DNA of 64,000 nt. Origin: Bugula neritina (taxonomy: Eukaryota > Animalia > Bryozoa). Position numbers and translations under genes: made by a program. Within the stretch, counting starts at the first letter, position 1. Each line of letters begins with the position of its first letter. The notes beneath the pieces are model-generated. The model was not told the DNA's origin. It did no database searches and saw nothing but the letters and a program-made list of their open reading frames with translations. This document shows, piece after piece, positions 61,301 through 64,000 of this stretch. Where the stretch lies: contig OZ037766.1 of the NCBI GenBank assembly GCA_964035545.1, positions 6,190,722 to 6,254,721 of the forward strand. The letters are read 5' to 3'.

Positions 61301-63017
61301 ACTCCTTAGTGAGCGAATCACACTCAGCTTTAGCTTTCATCTTCTGTAAAGATTGTATGAACACAAGTGTGTGGTAAGTTTTACTAGTACATGTTATATT
61401 ATATAAGTATGACAGCCAGGTTTTGTATAACACTACAAGTACTTAGATCTGATGCCAACATATTATACTTGCACAAAAATGTATGGACACTTAATTTTAA
61501 ATTGAATAAATAACGTCATACATAACATAGTTGATGTAAAAACAAGAAATTGAACATTTATGATTCCAATATGGATACTATTTGCATGAGCTCTAAATTG
61601 ATACAACATGAAAGTATGCTTAGTTATGTTCTAAAGTCTAATTATAGCACTAGCACACAGGAGGTAATAACTCCAAAGACTATATTGCATTACCTCATCT
61701 GTTAGAGAATTAAATCTGCTCTTGTACTTAGACACTGTATTGTGTAAAGTATCTAATACAGTCCTGGTTTGATCTTCACTTGTAATGCCAGGAGTCTGAT
61801 TAGGAGTTGTATTCCCTATTTCTGAAGGAAAATCATTGAATATTGGCTGCAAATCTCTAACTATCTTTTGTGAGATTTCCTCTATGTATTTCTAAAAAAG
61901 TAAAAATAAAATATCATCAAAATTAAAAAGAAATCTCAAACTATATAAACATATTTGACTGTGAGTGTTTCAAGATAGATGTGCAAGTAGACAGAGAATT
62001 GAGTATTTTTTAGAATAAACCATTAGGCAGACTGCGATTATAAACACATTTTTTTCAAATTCTAGTTCTAAGCAAACCAATGGAGAAAGCACAGCCCATT
62101 AAACAAAATTTTAAGAATCCAATGCCATTAGCCATTATTACTTAAATAAAAACAACAGCCAAAACCGTCTTTCTTTATGGGGGAACTTATAGACCACACC
62201 TGGTGTTTGGTGGTGGCAGACACTTCAGCTTTAAGCTTTCTGACATGTTCCTGATGTACATCCAACTGTTTCTTCAACTTGTTTACAAGATCTCGCTTGT
62301 CTTCTTTTTCCATTTGCAGCTGCTTCTTCAGTGTAGACAACTCCTTCTCACTCCTGAAATGAAGCAATTAGTTTTCAAAATAAAAGCTTTGACTCAGCAT
62401 GATGTAGGTGGAACCACTTTACAAACCACAATATACTGCTCAAGTCTTATGATACTTTGCAAGTGTTTCATTTGTACAACTTGTTTGAAGTTTAAGGCAA
62501 ATGAAAAAATGGAGGTTATTGTTATATGCAGGAATAAAAAGGGAGGACAGGTCCTGTAAAAATCAATGGAACCAAGTTTTACACTTCTAGCCTAGTAAAT
62601 TCTATGAATCAGCAATAAAATTCATTGAGCTCAATGCAGTAAAACTTAATATAAATTTAATTGAAATTAAATTTCTAGCTACACTCCCGTAACAAACTCC
62701 ATTCAAATTCACCTTCTTGTACATAATAAAACCTAAATACACAGTGCAACCTTTACAACACACAGAAACACATAAACATTATTTCAAGTCTGTATTTTAG
62801 GAACCAAACGAATGTCTGACAATAATAACTATGTTATAAACTTGTCGAAAGCTAACTTGGTGAGAGAGGGGTTGGCTTCACTCAGCTCTCGGCACTGATG
62901 GCTGTACTTCTCCTCCAGCTCTGATAACTGAAGACGGGACTTTTCTAGAACATCACGTAACTCACTACTGACACTCTTTTCATTGTTTAGTGAACACTCG
63001 AGTTGTATAGATTTGCT
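52380..63017 (-). CDS. CCDC171: Coiled-coil domain-containing protein 171, 3' portion (~16 exons, e.g. 63017-62857, 62354-62200, ~59727-59527, ~58387-58153, ~56104-55866, ~54212-54021, ~53750-53558, 52583-52380); 5' end outside the window, exact 3' end uncertain
   Basis: Long heptad-rich exons plus ALALVTGCYFPLLSRSRQLIEQRALL, ARLKFRKAVLVVLAAHRL and ELHQALDREKQSQRLLSDQ, which resemble remembered CCDC171 motifs. Confidence 0.82.
54640..54800. repeat. 16-bp tandem repeat (AAGTAGTAACAACAGG)
   Basis: Read directly; lies in a CCDC171 intron. Confidence 0.9.
55320..55380. repeat. 10-bp tandem repeat (GTATATCACA)
   Basis: Read directly from the sequence. Confidence 0.9.
55598..55725. repeat. Interrupted (GT)n microsatellite
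   Basis: Read directly from the sequence. Confidence 0.9.
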
Positions 63018-63029
63018 CTACAAACACAC

Positions 63030-63198
63030 AGCAGTAGTAGTGGTGGTAGTAGTGGTGGTAGTAGTGGTGGTAGTAGTGGTGGTAGTAGTGGTGGTAGTAG
63101 TGGTGGTAGTAGTGGTGGTAGTAGTGGTGGTAGTAGTGGTGGTAGTATTGGTGGTAGTGGTGGTAGTAGTATTGGTGGTAGTGGTGGTAGTGGTGGTA

Positions 63199-63280
<82 letters not shown>

Positions 63281-63400
63281 CAGCAGCAGTAGTAGCAGTA
63301 GTAGTAGCAGCAGCAGTAGTAGCAGCAGCAGCAGTAGTAATAGTGGTGGTAGTTGTGGTAGTGGTAGTAGTAGTAGAGGTAGTAGTAGAGGTAGAGTGAT
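63030..63400. repeat. Compound (AGT/GGT/AGC)n trinucleotide array with a 12-bp (AGTAGTGGTGGT) period at its left end
   Basis: Read directly; intronic to CCDC171. Confidence 0.95.
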
Positions 63401-64000
63401 TGTTAGTAGTAGCATTGGTGTTGCATTGGTTGCAGTAATGGTATTGGTGAAAAATATTGTAAGTTGTGGTAATTTTATTAGCAGTAACAGCAATAATAGC
63501 AGTAGTAGAACTTTACAGTAATGGCAGTTCAGTGAATGTAAACAATATTAAATAAAGTAAACCAATTTAATTCCTAAAAGTGGCAAATTGTGCACAAATT
63601 ATTTTATAAACAAAAACTAAAAATCTCAACAAATACTTCATGTTAGTTAAACCAGCACTCAATTGTAGTAGTTTTACTAGACAAATGCTATCTAAATGAA
63701 GTATTAACTGGACATATTAATTTTTTGTTTAGAAACTCAAGGGAATTCTCCACACTTGGATAAACTAAAGTTTTTATTGATTGTACAGTAAGGTAATTTT
63801 CGTTAGTGCCTAGTTCAGTTGTCCGAGGAACATAACAGTTCTCATGCCTTATTAATGAGAACGTTGCTACAATGCATCAACTGTTAGCATTGTGCATATT
63901 TGGATATGCACAACAAGGAAAAAGCATGATTATTTTTACATTATAATTCAGCTCATTGATTATACTTATAACAAAATAGCATTGCAACATATTTCTCTAC

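Noticed and set aside
62983-63521. Poly-V, poly-L/P and Gly-Ser ORFs
   Set aside because: Trinucleotide microsatellite in a CCDC171 intron.

Overview
AT-rich, intron-rich animal genomic DNA, probably a lophotrochozoan invertebrate (inferred from a mollusc-type troponin I). It is not prokaryotic. From left to right: (1) the 5' part of a young Ty3/gypsy LTR retrotransposon on the minus strand (1-4510), with LTR, tRNA-Leu PBS, gag, a candidate -1 frameshift signal and PR-RT-RH-IN broken only by two homopolymer indels; (2) BFAR (+, 6128-9103); (3) a divergent, short troponin I (+, ~10178-12420); (4) TMEM117 (-, 13473-22334), whose introns hold a 12-bp array and a 2.8-kb 27-bp array with higher-order structure; (5) an intergenic stretch with a Harbinger-type MITE and two foldback elements; (6) a complete DNMT3 gene (+, 28624-50404, 17 coding exons) with PWWP, ADD and MTase domains and unusual residues at several reader and DNA-contact positions; (7) the 3' part of CCDC171 (-, ~52380 to beyond 63017). 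Most long ORFs in the supplied track between 14-20 kb, at 51 kb and at 63 kb are tandem-repeat artefacts. Gene models were assembled by hand from splice sites and remembered homology; no search was run. I found no clearly new multi-gene system. The best leads are the DNMT3 variants, the atypical troponin I, the retroelement recoding signal and the hexamer-periodic tracts upstream of two genes.
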